A DNA stretch of 64,000 bases from an uncultured Gammaproteobacteria bacterium (GTDB lineage Bacteria > Pseudomonadota > Gammaproteobacteria > Arenicellales > JAANXG01): NCBI GenBank assembly GCA_947258495.1, contig CAMYIN010000172.1, positions 61 to 64,060 on the forward strand, given 5' to 3'. Shown here one piece after another: positions 12,210 through 21,596 of the stretch. The notes under the pieces are model-generated. The model was not told the origin of the DNA, made no database searches, and saw only the letters and a list, made by a program, of their open reading frames with translations. Both the position numbers and the translations under genes were made by a program. Position 1 is the first letter of the stretch. Each line of letters starts with the position of its first letter.

Positions 12210-14096
12210 ATGATCATGAGCGCTACAGAGACCCATAAATTCGAGACCGAAGTGCAGCAATTGCTGTATCTGATGATCCATTCGCTGTACAGCGACAAGG
12301 AAATCTTTCTCCGCGAGTTGATCTCCAACTCCTCCGATGCCGCCGACCGGCTTCGATTCGCGGCGCTGACAGACAAGGGCCTGTTCGAAGCCGACGCCGA
12401 TTTGGCGATCCGCATCGATGTGGACAAGAAGAACAAGACCATTACGGTCTCGGACAACGGCATCGGCATGACCCGCGACGAGGTCATCGAGAACATCGGC
12501 ACCATCGCACGCTCCGGCACCAAGGAATTCGTCGAGGCGCTGACCGGCGATCAAGTCAAAGATGCCAATCTGATTGGGCAGTTCGGTGTGGGTTTCTATT
12601 CCGTCTTCATGGTCGCGAACAGTGTGGTCATGACCACGCGCAAGGCGGGGCAGCCGGCCGAAGAAGGCGTACGCTGGGAATCGGACGGTAGCGGCAACTA
12701 CACGGTGGAAAAAATAGAGAAGAAAACTCGTGGCACCGACGTCACGCTGTGGCTGCGCACCGACCAGAAGGAGTTTCTGGATCTGCATCGGCTGCGAAAT
12801 ATCGTCGGAAGGTACTCCGATCATATCTCCCTGCCGATACGGATGCCCAAGGCCGATGAGAAAGACACAAAGAAAAAGGCCGCGGACGAGGAATGGGAAA
12901 CGGTCAACAAGGGCCTGGCCCTGTGGACGCGCAATAAGAAAGAGGTATCGCCGGAGGAATATCAGACGTTTTACACCACCGTCTCGTACGATCCGGAACC
13001 CCCTTTGGCGGTGATCCATAACCGCGTCGAGGGAAAACTCGAATACACGATACTGCTGTTCATCCCCGCGAAGGCCCAGTTCGATCTCTGGGACCGAGAT
13101 CGCCGCCACGGCGTCAAGCTCTACGTGCGCCGCATATTTATCATGGATGACGCACAGCATCTCATGCCTGCGTACCTCCGATTCGTTCGCGGTGTTGTCG
13201 ATTCCGCAGATCTACCCCTCAACGTCTCCCGCGAATTCCTGCAGAAGAACAGAGATATCGACAAGATTCGATCCGGTGCCGTAAAGAAGGTCCTGGCGGA
13301 GCTCAAGCGTCTCGCTGACAAGGAAGCGGAGAAATACGAGACGTTCTGGGAGCAGTTCGGCCGCGTTTTCAAGGAGGGCGTCATCGAAGACATCGACAAT
13401 CGCGTGGCGATTTCGAAACTGCTGCGATTCGCCAGCACCAAACAGGACGGCGCCGAACAAACGGTATCCCTGGACGATTACGTCCACCGCATGCCCGCCA
13501 ATCAGAAGGCCATTTATTACCTCACCGCAGACAGTTACGGCGCGGCCAATCAGTCCCCCCACCTGGAAGTGTTCAGAAAAAACGCCATCGAAGTGCTGCT
13601 TCTCTCCGACCCCATCGACGAGTGGGTCGTGAATCACTTGACGGAATATAACGACAAACCCCTGAAGTCCGTGGCCAAGGGCGCCCTGGATCTGGAGGAT
13701 ATCGACCAGAGTGCGCCGGCTGAAAAGGTGGACGAGTTTGACGCCTTATTGAAGCGCTTCAAGGAGATACTGCAGCAGGAGGTCAAGGACGTACGCATCA
13801 GCCGCCGCTTGACCGATTCGCCGGCGTGCCTGGTCGCGGACGAGCACGACTTGGGGGCAAATCTGGAGCGCATTCTGGAGTCCGTGGGCCAGGCAGCGCC
13901 CAAACACAAGCCCATCCTGGAGCTGAATCCGGACCACCCGTTGATCCACGGACTGGACCCCGAAAGCCGGGAAATCGAGGACTGGGCGCACGTGCTGTTC
14001 GACCAGGCGGCGCTCAGCGAGGGCGCGCATCTCAAGGAACCTGCGTCGTACGTCCGGCGCGTAAACCAGCTCTTGTCTCAGCGCGCGGTTTCCTGA
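12210..14096 (+). CDS. htpG: molecular chaperone HtpG (Hsp90)
   Basis: 628 aa. ...FETEVQQLLYLMIHSLYSDKEIFLRELISNSSDA. The start could equally be the ATG at 12216. Confidence 0.96.
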   Translation: MIMSATETHKFETEVQQLLYLMIHSLYSDKEIFLRELISNSSDAADRLRFAALTDKGLFEADADLAIRIDVDKKNKTITVSDNGIGMTRDEVIENIGTIARSGTKEFVEALTGDQVKDANLIGQFGVGFYSVFMVANSVVMTTRKAGQPAEEGVRWESDGSGNYTVEKIEKKTRGTDVTLWLRTDQKEFLDLHRLRNIVGRYSDHISLPIRMPKADEKDTKKKAADEEWETVNKGLALWTRNKKEVSPEEYQTFYTTVSYDPEPPLAVIHNRVEGKLEYTILLFIPAKAQFDLWDRDRRHGVKLYVRRIFIMDDAQHLMPAYLRFVRGVVDSADLPLNVSREFLQKNRDIDKIRSGAVKKVLAELKRLADKEAEKYETFWEQFGRVFKEGVIEDIDNRVAISKLLRFASTKQDGAEQTVSLDDYVHRMPANQKAIYYLTADSYGAANQSPHLEVFRKNAIEVLLLSDPIDEWVVNHLTEYNDKPLKSVAKGALDLEDIDQSAPAEKVDEFDALLKRFKEILQQEVKDVRISRRLTDSPACLVADEHDLGANLERILESVGQAAPKHKPILELNPDHPLIHGLDPESREIEDWAHVLFDQAALSEGAHLKEPASYVRRVNQLLSQRAVS

Positions 14097-14126
14097 GCAA
14101 CCGCGGCCGCAAAGCGAATCGCGGGG

Positions 14127-15263
14127 CTAGCCGTGCCTTGTTGCCGCAATACTGACGGGCTGTGCGGAGGCGCGCGCGTCCCCCACCCACTCGATCGCCG
14201 ACTCGGCTTCGTGTATCGGGTTGCCCTCCTTGTCGACGCAATGGCGCCCGGACACGACCGAATCCTTGATGCATCCGGCTGAAGATATGCGGGTGTAATC
14301 AAACAAAATACTGCGCGATATCTCCGCACCACTCTGGACGTAACAACCGTGGCCGATCCACGTCGGACCGGTGATCTTGACGCCGCTCTCGATGCGTGAG
14401 CTGCTGCCAATGTAAACCGGCCCGATGATATCGAGATCTCCCCACTCCACGGACACATTGAGTCCCGTCCATATTCCGGGCTGCACCTCACGACCCGGCA
14501 TTTGCACGTCGCGCAGCTTCCCTTGCATGATCTGTTGATTCGCCTCCCAGTAGTCGCTCAAGCGCCCGATATCGATCCAGTTGAACGGTTCGTTAACGGC
14601 GTAGAACGGCAGTCCCTTGTCGAGGATGCTGGGGAACAGCTGGCTGCCGATGTCGTAAGTCTTGTCGGAAGGAATCAGGTCCAGTATTTCCGGCTCGAAA
14701 ATGTAAATCCCGGTATTGACGAGATTCGATCGCGCTTCGTTAACGGAAGGTTTTTCCTGGAACGAAATAATCCGTTGATCTTCATCGCAGACGACGACCC
14801 CGTAATTCGGCACCTGCGCCTGCGGTACCTTGTGCACGCAGAGGCTGGCTGCGGCGCCTTTCTGCCAGTGCCGGCGCACCGCGGTCGTGACGTCGAGATC
14901 GATAAGGGCGTCGCCGCAGACGACGACAAAGGTGTCGTCAAAGAACCCACTGAAGTCCTGGATCCTTTTCAACCCGCCCGCGGACCCTACCGGGGTGCCG
15001 ACGACCGCGCCTTGATCCACGTGTCCTTCGAAGGAGTATCCGATACTGACCCCCCAGCGCCGTCCATCGCCGAAGTAGCGTTCGATTTGATCGGGAAGAT
15101 GGCTGACGTTGACCATGATCTCTCGAATGCCGTGACGGGCAAGGTCTTCGACCAGGTATTCCATCACCGGCTTGCCCAGTATGGGGATCATCGGTTTGGG
15201 CATTTCGTAGGTCAACGGCCTGACGCGGGTGCCTTTTCCGGCGGCCAGGATCATCGCTTTCAT
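14127..15263 (-). CDS. NDP-sugar pyrophosphorylase (sugar-1-phosphate nucleotidyltransferase with C-terminal left-handed beta-helix)
   Basis: ORF trimmed to the ATG at 15263 (MKAMILAAGKGTRVRPLTYEMPKPMIPILGKP...), preceded by GGGGAGG. G-x-G-T-R nucleotidyltransferase signature. Sugar specificity not assignable. Confidence 0.75.
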   Translation of the reverse strand: MKAMILAAGKGTRVRPLTYEMPKPMIPILGKPVMEYLVEDLARHGIREIMVNVSHLPDQIERYFGDGRRWGVSIGYSFEGHVDQGAVVGTPVGSAGGLKRIQDFSGFFDDTFVVVCGDALIDLDVTTAVRRHWQKGAAASLCVHKVPQAQVPNYGVVVCDEDQRIISFQEKPSVNEARSNLVNTGIYIFEPEILDLIPSDKTYDIGSQLFPSILDKGLPFYAVNEPFNWIDIGRLSDYWEANQQIMQGKLRDVQMPGREVQPGIWTGLNVSVEWGDLDIIGPVYIGSSSRIESGVKITGPTWIGHGCYVQSGAEISRSILFDYTRISSAGCIKDSVVSGRHCVDKEGNPIHEAESAIEWVGDARASAQPVSIAATRHG

Positions 15264-15655
15264 TGTGCTGCCTCCCCTTCGTGTGCGCGCCTTGCCATTG
15301 TACAGCAACGCTGGAATCGGCTCGAAACCGGAAGTTCTTGCGCCGCGAACGATCGCGGACACCGCGGTTCGGGTGCAGCCGGCCACCGGCGAACACCGCG
15401 CACGCGGCCGCCGGCCGCGGATTCGAGAACCTCAGATTGCACTTGCAGGGATCGCTGTTTAGCACCAAAATGCATGCCTTCCAGGACGGTCCCACAATCT
15501 CAGTTTCGGAGCAGCGCCCGTGGGCGGACGCATGAGGACGGTTGTCTGACCTGGCCAGCGCCGCCATTTGTCGCGGCGGACGACGCCGCAGGGTCACAAT
15601 CCTTAAGAAATAACGTTATGATATTACCATCTGCATGAAACCTCGGAGGCACGGT

Positions 15656-16177
15656 ATGAGCATGTGGAAAAAGACCGTTGACGAAGAAACACAATCGGAG
15701 ACCCCTGTTATGAGCAGCGATACCCGCATCGATTCATCCCCTTCTGTAGGTCGGCCTTCGTCCCGCCAGGCGGCGTCGATCGGCCCTTCAATCCAGATCA
15801 AAGGCGATATATCGGGAAATGAAGACCTCGTAGTCCACGGTAAAGTCGAAGGCACGCTCAGCCTGCCGAAGAACAACGTGGTCGTAGGTTCCGATGGCGT
15901 CGTACAGGCCAACGTCAACGCCATGAGTATATCCGTCGAGGGTAAAGTCGTGGGAGACCTGACCGCGAGTGAAAGGATCATAATCACCAGTTCCGGACGC
16001 GTGCAGGGAAACATCAAAGCTCCGCGCGTGGTCCTGGAGGACGGTGCGAAATTCAAGGGCTCGGTGGAGATGGAGATGGGCGAGAGTCAAACGTCCGCCA
16101 AACCGAAAGTATCCACCCAGAGCGACAAGGACAATGTCACGGAAGTAAAGCGCGTGGGCATGTCAACAACCAACTAA
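15656..16177 (+). CDS. bactofilin-family polymer-forming cytoskeletal protein
   Basis: Repetitive beta-helix core IQIKGDISGNEDLVVHGKVEGTLSL...VEGKVVGDLTASERIIITSSGRVQGNIKAPRVVLEDGAKFKGSVEM. The ATG at 15656 has GGAGG 6 nt upstream; the ORF also opens at 15635. Confidence 0.75.
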   Translation: MSMWKKTVDEETQSETPVMSSDTRIDSSPSVGRPSSRQAASIGPSIQIKGDISGNEDLVVHGKVEGTLSLPKNNVVVGSDGVVQANVNAMSISVEGKVVGDLTASERIIITSSGRVQGNIKAPRVVLEDGAKFKGSVEMEMGESQTSAKPKVSTQSDKDNVTEVKRVGMSTTN

Positions 16178-16312
16178 GGTGTCGTCATTTCAAACGCCGC
16201 GTTAGATATCAACAACCAGGACGCGCAGGACCGTTATCAATCGCAACGTCTTGGTACCGGAATCGTTCCTCTCGTTGCCGAGCGACTGGGCCAGGCACCG
16301 GGAAGTACGGTT

Positions 16313-16828
16313 TTGGATTTGGGTCCGCCGACGGAAAGAAAACTGCGATTCTTCAGTCGATTCAAGGCACGCTTGTTCTTCAACAATTTTCCCGACAGTC
16401 TCTGCACCTTGCTGTTCGGCGCGGGACCGCAGCGGCCGTTGTCGGCATCGGATTTCGCCGCTATGCTGCCGGACAGCGGCGGCAAAGACGTACGTTACGA
16501 TCTTATTCTCGCCTGGGACTATCTCGACTATCTGTCGCCGGAAAATCTGCGCATCGTGACCGCGCAGCTGTCGGCGTGCAGCCGGGAGAGGACCTGGATC
16601 TACTTCCTCATGTCTCAGCACGGAAAGATTGCCGATAGGCCGGCGACCATAGATATTCTCTCGGAAGAACACATTCGATACGCTTCCGGCCCCGCCACGC
16701 GGGAGGGTGCGCGTTACCCACCCAAGGTGCTGGAGGGACTGCTCATCGGATTCCGAATCAAAAAGCTTGTGCTGCTCAAGAACGGCATACAAGAACACCT
16801 GTTTTCGTACGACGCGAGCGGAGCCTGA
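16313..16828 (+). CDS. hypothetical protein, class I SAM-methyltransferase-like; 5' end uncertain
   Basis: The TTG-initiated ORF contains (ST)VLDLGPP... and DLILAWDYLDYLSPENL motifs. Coding-like sequence continues upstream to 16178 with no canonical start (see findings). Confidence 0.4.
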   Translation: MDLGPPTERKLRFFSRFKARLFFNNFPDSLCTLLFGAGPQRPLSASDFAAMLPDSGGKDVRYDLILAWDYLDYLSPENLRIVTAQLSACSRERTWIYFLMSQHGKIADRPATIDILSEEHIRYASGPATREGARYPPKVLEGLLIGFRIKKLVLLKNGIQEHLFSYDASGA

Positions 16829-17056
16829 TCCGTGCGCCAACGCCCTGGCCCGGCCGCGCTCCGGCGCGGATGGGGGGCGTTTCGAGCCACGCTGCCGCCG
16901 ATTCGAGCATGCGGTTGCGCGCATCACTCGCACGCGGGAGCTGCGGCGCCGTGCGACGATACCTCCGCGACGACTTCGTTCGTCGCTGCATGCGCAAATA
17001 GACCTGGAGAATCGTTGCCCCACGCGACCGCACCGAGTGAATAACGAGTCAATGGA

Positions 17057-17289
17057 ATGCTGATAACCGTAAGAAAGGGCCTGGACATTCCGATTGCGCC
17101 CCCCGACAATCCATTCACGCCGCCCGGCCGATGTCATCGGTGGCGCTCCTCGGCGACGACTACGTAGGCTTGAAGCCCACCATGCGCGTACAGGAGGGCG
17201 ATCGGGTTAGCATCGGCCAGGCGTTGTTCGCCGATAGAAAAATGCCGCAAGTCGGCCGCCGTCGAGATCGCGCCGCGATTGATGGGTGA
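17057..17289 (+). pseudogene. decayed 5' fragment of a second nqrA (frameshifted, truncated)
   Basis: Frame A from the ATG at 17057: MLITVRKGLDIPIAPPDNPFTPPGRCH. After a frame change at about 17140: VALLGDDYVGLKPTMRVQEGDRVSIGQALFADRK. Both segments are collinear with the NqrA N-terminus (compare intact copy MVRKIRIRKGLDIPIAG...VALDGRDYPGLKP...GQPLFIDKR). Confidence 0.6.
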
Positions 17290-17592
17290 GATCGTCCCAC
17301 ACCGTATCCATATCAAGGAGAACAAAACGCTGGCGGACTCGGAAGTAGCCGAGCCGAAGCAAAATGTGACCCGATACGGCACCTGCTCCTCGACGAATAA
17401 GTTCTGCAGTCCTTTCTGTGGCAGGAAAATATCTTCAGTACTATTATACGCGCTGGGCGTGGTCGGTGGCGCTTACAACCATTATGTGAGCCGTCGCATC
17501 TACCGACTGGCCGTCAATTGACGGAAGGTTTTCGGCCGCTCCGGGAAAAATAACTAGATAGAGAAGTAAGCTGACGAATCTAATCTCTGTTT

Positions 17593-18222
17593 ATGGAAAA
17601 CGTACTGATGACTCTCAAGCGCGTTCAACAACATATGCCACCTATTTGCCTGATGTTTGCATTGATTATTCCTATGGCACAGGCGAAGGACGTGAAGCGC
17701 AAACCGATCTACACCAAAGAAGGCACCAAGTCTTGTCTGGTTTGTCACTCAGGGGAGAAGATTAGGACTATCCAGGCCGGATTACACGGCGAAAGCAACC
17801 CCATGGCCAAGCACGGCTGCGAGGATTGTCATGGACCAGGCAGTTTCCACGTATCCCGGGCGCACGGGGGCAAGGGCTTTCCGTCCATGCTGTTGCACGG
17901 GAAAGACGCCGAAGCCTCGTCCAGGGATGCTCAGGTGGACGCCTGTCTCGCCTGCCACGCCCCGGGAGCGGGCGGAAAAAGAGCGGTCGTTTTTCTCGGA
18001 AGCGCGCACGACAAACCGTCCGTGACGTGCTCGATCTGCCATTCGCTGCATACCGAAACCGACCGCATGAAAGACAAGGAACAGCAGACTGCGATCTGCT
18101 ACGGCTGTCATTCCGAAAGACAAACCGAGCATCCCCGCTTCCAGGACACGACCATTGCCTTCGACGACCTCAAGTGCTCGACCTGCCACAAGGTGCACAA
18201 GCTCGCGCTAGACGCGCGATGA
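17593..18222 (+). CDS. periplasmic hexaheme c-type cytochrome (NrfB/MtrA-like)
   Basis: 209 aa, with a signal peptide and six CXXCH motifs (CLVCH, CEDCH, CLACH, CSICH, CYGCH, CSTCH). GCEDCHGPGSFH resembles NrfB/MtrA-family motifs. It ends 30 nt before nqrA. Confidence 0.8.
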   Translation: MENVLMTLKRVQQHMPPICLMFALIIPMAQAKDVKRKPIYTKEGTKSCLVCHSGEKIRTIQAGLHGESNPMAKHGCEDCHGPGSFHVSRAHGGKGFPSMLLHGKDAEASSRDAQVDACLACHAPGAGGKRAVVFLGSAHDKPSVTCSICHSLHTETDRMKDKEQQTAICYGCHSERQTEHPRFQDTTIAFDDLKCSTCHKVHKLALDAR

Positions 18223-18252
18223 CTCGCACCCCCTAGCTGCCGTCGTCTAGCA

Positions 18253-19614
18253 ATGGTTCGGAAGATACGAATCCGGAAGGGACTGGATATTCCCATCGCG
18301 GGCGCCCCGGAGCAGGCCACGCATGACGGCCCCGAGCCTACCCAGGTGGCGCTGGACGGCCGCGACTACCCCGGCCTGAAACCGAGACTCCTGGTGAAGC
18401 CCGGCGACAAAGTTGAGCTCGGTCAGCCGCTTTTCATCGACAAACGCGACCCAGTGGTCCAGTTCACCGCCCCGGGCAAGGGTACGGTGGCGGCGGTAAA
18501 CCGCGGTGCCCGGCGCGCACTCGAATGCGTCGCCATCTCGCTGGAGGAGAGCAGCGGCGCCGACGCGATGTTCGATCCGCTGACTGTGGACGATATCGGC
18601 CGGCTCGATCGTGGCGAACTCGCGTCGCGCCTGCAGCGGTCGGGACTGTGGACGGCGATGCGGACACGGCCGTTTAGCCAGGTGCCGCAATCGGACGGCG
18701 TTCCGCGATCCATTTTCGTGACCGCCATCGACAGCGCGCCGCTATGCACAGACCCCCGTGTGGTCATTAGACCGAACGCCGAGGCCTTTACCAACGGCAT
18801 GCGGGTGTTGTCCAGGCTGACGGAGGGGCCGGTGTACCTGTGTACCGGGAGCGATTGGGATATCTCGGTGGGTGAGATAGAACGCCTGCAGCGGGTTGAA
18901 TTCAGCGGTCCCCATCCCGCCGGTCTGGCGGGCACCCACATTCATTTCCTTGATCCCGCCGGTCCGGCACGAACCGTATGGTATGTCGGTTATCAGGATG
19001 TCATCGCCATTGGACGTACGATGACTTCGGGAACCCTGGACGCCCGTCGGGTGGTCGCCCTCGGCGGTGAATGCGTTCGCAGCCCCCGACTGTTGCATTC
19101 CCGTCTGGGCGCGTCGATCGACGACCTCGTACAGGGCGAGATCGACGAGCCGGGTGCCTGCCGCGTGATTTCGGGGTCCGTACTCTCGGGGCGCAACGCC
19201 GCCGGAGGAAATGTTTTTCTGGGTCGCTTCCACAATCAGTTGTGCGTCATTCGAGAGGGAGGCGAACGACGCAGGTTTGGTTGGCTCGGCCTGTGGCCGC
19301 GGAGATACACCGCCGGCGCGACGTTGCTGAAACGCAGCGGTCACCGCAGGAGATTCGGATTCGACACGGCCCTGAACGGGCGCTTGACCGGTATGCTGCC
19401 ACTGCGCGTGTTCGAGCTGGTCATGCCCCTCGATATCTTGCCGTCGCCGTTGTTCCGGGCGCTGCTGGTCATGGATACCGACCAGGCCCAGGCGCTGGGC
19501 TGCCTGGAGCTGGATGAAGAGGACGTTGCGTTGTGCGCCTTCGTCTGTCCTGCGAAGCAGGACTACGGCGCCGCACTGCGCCGCAATCTCGAGCAGATAG
19601 AGCGCGGCGGCTGA
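18253..19614 (+). CDS. nqrA: Na+-translocating NADH:quinone oxidoreductase subunit A
   Basis: 453 aa. N-terminal IRKGLDIPIAG, C-terminal LELDEEDVALCAFVCPAKQDYG. Confidence 0.93.
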   Translation: MVRKIRIRKGLDIPIAGAPEQATHDGPEPTQVALDGRDYPGLKPRLLVKPGDKVELGQPLFIDKRDPVVQFTAPGKGTVAAVNRGARRALECVAISLEESSGADAMFDPLTVDDIGRLDRGELASRLQRSGLWTAMRTRPFSQVPQSDGVPRSIFVTAIDSAPLCTDPRVVIRPNAEAFTNGMRVLSRLTEGPVYLCTGSDWDISVGEIERLQRVEFSGPHPAGLAGTHIHFLDPAGPARTVWYVGYQDVIAIGRTMTSGTLDARRVVALGGECVRSPRLLHSRLGASIDDLVQGEIDEPGACRVISGSVLSGRNAAGGNVFLGRFHNQLCVIREGGERRRFGWLGLWPRRYTAGATLLKRSGHRRRFGFDTALNGRLTGMLPLRVFELVMPLDILPSPLFRALLVMDTDQAQALGCLELDEEDVALCAFVCPAKQDYGAALRRNLEQIERGG

Positions 19615-20783
19615 TGTACGGGATGCGTAGAAATCTGACGGTCATGAAAGACCGCTTCTTCTGGTCGTCCAAGCGGTCGACGATCGCCGGACCGCACATC
19701 CGGGACGCGAGCAACGTACAGCGCGTGTGGAACTACTTCGTCATCGCCAGCCTGCCGACCTGGCTCATCGGCACCTGGAGCCTCGGACACCAGACCAATC
19801 AGGCGATTGCCGATTTCGGCCTGGAGCGGGTGCCCGGCTGGCGCGCCGGACTGCTGAGCCAGTTCGGCATAGGGTTCGACGCCTTCAATGCCGTCGCCTG
19901 TTTCCTCCACGGGCTGCTGTATTTCCTGCCGATCTTCGGACTGGCGTTGATCGTGGGCGCGTTCTGGCAGGCGCTGTTCGCGAAGCTGCGCAATACGGAG
20001 CCCGACGAGGGGCTGCTGGTGATCGCCTGGTTGTTCGCCCTGCTCATGCCCGCGACCGCCCCCATGTATCAGGTGGCGGTGGGAATGACCTTCGGAATCG
20101 TGGTGGGCAAGTTGATCTACGGCGGCTCAGGACGCTATCTGTTCAACCCGGCGCTGCTCGGGATGGCGTTTCTCGTCTTTTCCTACCCCACGCTGATGTA
20201 CGGCGAGAATCCGTGGGTACCCGTAGAGGGCTACGATGAACCGACGGTCCTGGAACTGGTCGGGGAGGAAGGCGGAATCAGCGTCATCCCCTCGGTGGGC
20301 TACAGCTTCTGGGGCATGTTCCTCGGCGACCAGCCGGGCCCGATCGGGGTGGTGTCCTCGCTGGGCGCCTTGCTTGGGGCGCTGTTCCTGATGTGGACGG
20401 GGGTGGCGTCGTGCCGGCTCATGGCGGGCGCCGTGGTCGGAGTGATCGTCACCGCGACGCTGTTCAATGCCATCGCCCCGGGCAACGAGCTGTTCGCCGT
20501 TCCCTGGTACTGGCAGATGGTGATGGGCGGCATCGTGTTCGGCATCGTCTTTATTGCCACCGACCCGGTCGCCGGCCCCATGACCAACCCCGGGCGCTGG
20601 GCCTTCGGATTGATCGTGGGCGCATTGACGGTCACGATCCGCGCCACCAATCCCGCGTACCACGAAGGTGTGGTGTTCGCCATCCTGCTGGCCAGCGTGT
20701 TTTCCCCCCTAATCGATTACGTGGCCACCGAACGAAACATCCAACGACGTTTGCGACGCCAGCGAGTGTATGACGATGGATAA
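19614..20783 (+). CDS. nqrB: Na+-NQR subunit B
   Basis: ORF 19533..20783 trimmed to the ATG overlapping the nqrA stop (TGATG). Polytopic, with conserved ATDPV and NPAYHEG...ERNIQRRL tail. Confidence 0.92.
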   Translation: MYGMRRNLTVMKDRFFWSSKRSTIAGPHIRDASNVQRVWNYFVIASLPTWLIGTWSLGHQTNQAIADFGLERVPGWRAGLLSQFGIGFDAFNAVACFLHGLLYFLPIFGLALIVGAFWQALFAKLRNTEPDEGLLVIAWLFALLMPATAPMYQVAVGMTFGIVVGKLIYGGSGRYLFNPALLGMAFLVFSYPTLMYGENPWVPVEGYDEPTVLELVGEEGGISVIPSVGYSFWGMFLGDQPGPIGVVSSLGALLGALFLMWTGVASCRLMAGAVVGVIVTATLFNAIAPGNELFAVPWYWQMVMGGIVFGIVFIATDPVAGPMTNPGRWAFGLIVGALTVTIRATNPAYHEGVVFAILLASVFSPLIDYVATERNIQRRLRRQRVYDDG

Positions 20784-21594
20784 AGACGCCCCCGCCAAGG
20801 CGATCATCGTCGTCGCCCTGGTGGCGGTGGTGTGCTCCTCCCTGGTGTCCGCCGCCGTAGTATTGCTGCGTCCCATCCAGCTCAACAATCAGCTGCTCGA
20901 GCGCAGCCGCAACATCATGCAGCTCACCGGCCTGGTGGAACCGGGACAGGCGCTCGACGACGCGAACATGCTGGCGCTGTTCAAGAGCCTCGATATTCGC
21001 ATCGTCGACATCGATAAGGGCGAGTTCGACGATTCCCTGGATCCGCATACCTTCGATCAGCGGCGCGCGGCCGGCGACCCGAATTACCGCGTCAGCGTGC
21101 CCGCGGCCCAGGACCTCGCCAAACTCGGCACACGAAGCCGCTTCGCAGCGATCTACCTGGTCTGGAAGGACGGCCAGCTGCGCCGGATTATTCTGCCCAT
21201 CCGCGGGGCCGGAATGTGGTCGATGTTGTACGGCTATCTTGCGCTGGAGGCGGACTTCAACACCGTCGCCGCGGCCAGCTTCTACGAGCAGACCGAAACG
21301 CCGGGACTCGGCGACCAGATTACGCGACCGGACTGGCTGGCCAAGTGGCGCGGCCGTAAGGTGTATGACGATCTCGGCGACCCGGTATTCGCCGTCGGTC
21401 CGGGTAGAATTGCGCCCGATTCGCCGGCGGCCGAGCACCGGGTCGACGCCCTCACCGGAGCGACTATTACCGGCGACGCCGTCACCTCGCTGGTGTACTA
21501 CTGGCTCGGCCCGCACGGGTTCAAGCCGCTTCTCAATCGGCTGCGCGAGCAACCGCCGACACAGGCGGCGACCGCAGCAACCGGGGATTCCTGA
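20770..21594 (+). CDS. nqrC: Na+-NQR subunit C (FMN-binding)
   Basis: 274 aa. One N-terminal TM, ETPGLG and (A)LTGATITG FMN-attachment region. Confidence 0.9.
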   Translation: MTMDKDAPAKAIIVVALVAVVCSSLVSAAVVLLRPIQLNNQLLERSRNIMQLTGLVEPGQALDDANMLALFKSLDIRIVDIDKGEFDDSLDPHTFDQRRAAGDPNYRVSVPAAQDLAKLGTRSRFAAIYLVWKDGQLRRIILPIRGAGMWSMLYGYLALEADFNTVAAASFYEQTETPGLGDQITRPDWLAKWRGRKVYDDLGDPVFAVGPGRIAPDSPAAEHRVDALTGATITGDAVTSLVYYWLGPHGFKPLLNRLREQPPTQAATAATGDS

Positions 21595-21596
21595 CT

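Noticed and set aside
17279-17521. An 80-aa ORF following the nqrA fragment; considered as a continuation of the pseudogene or as a small membrane protein.
   Set aside because: I could not align it convincingly to NqrA beyond about 17289, and it has no recognisable motif. It is probably degraded sequence.
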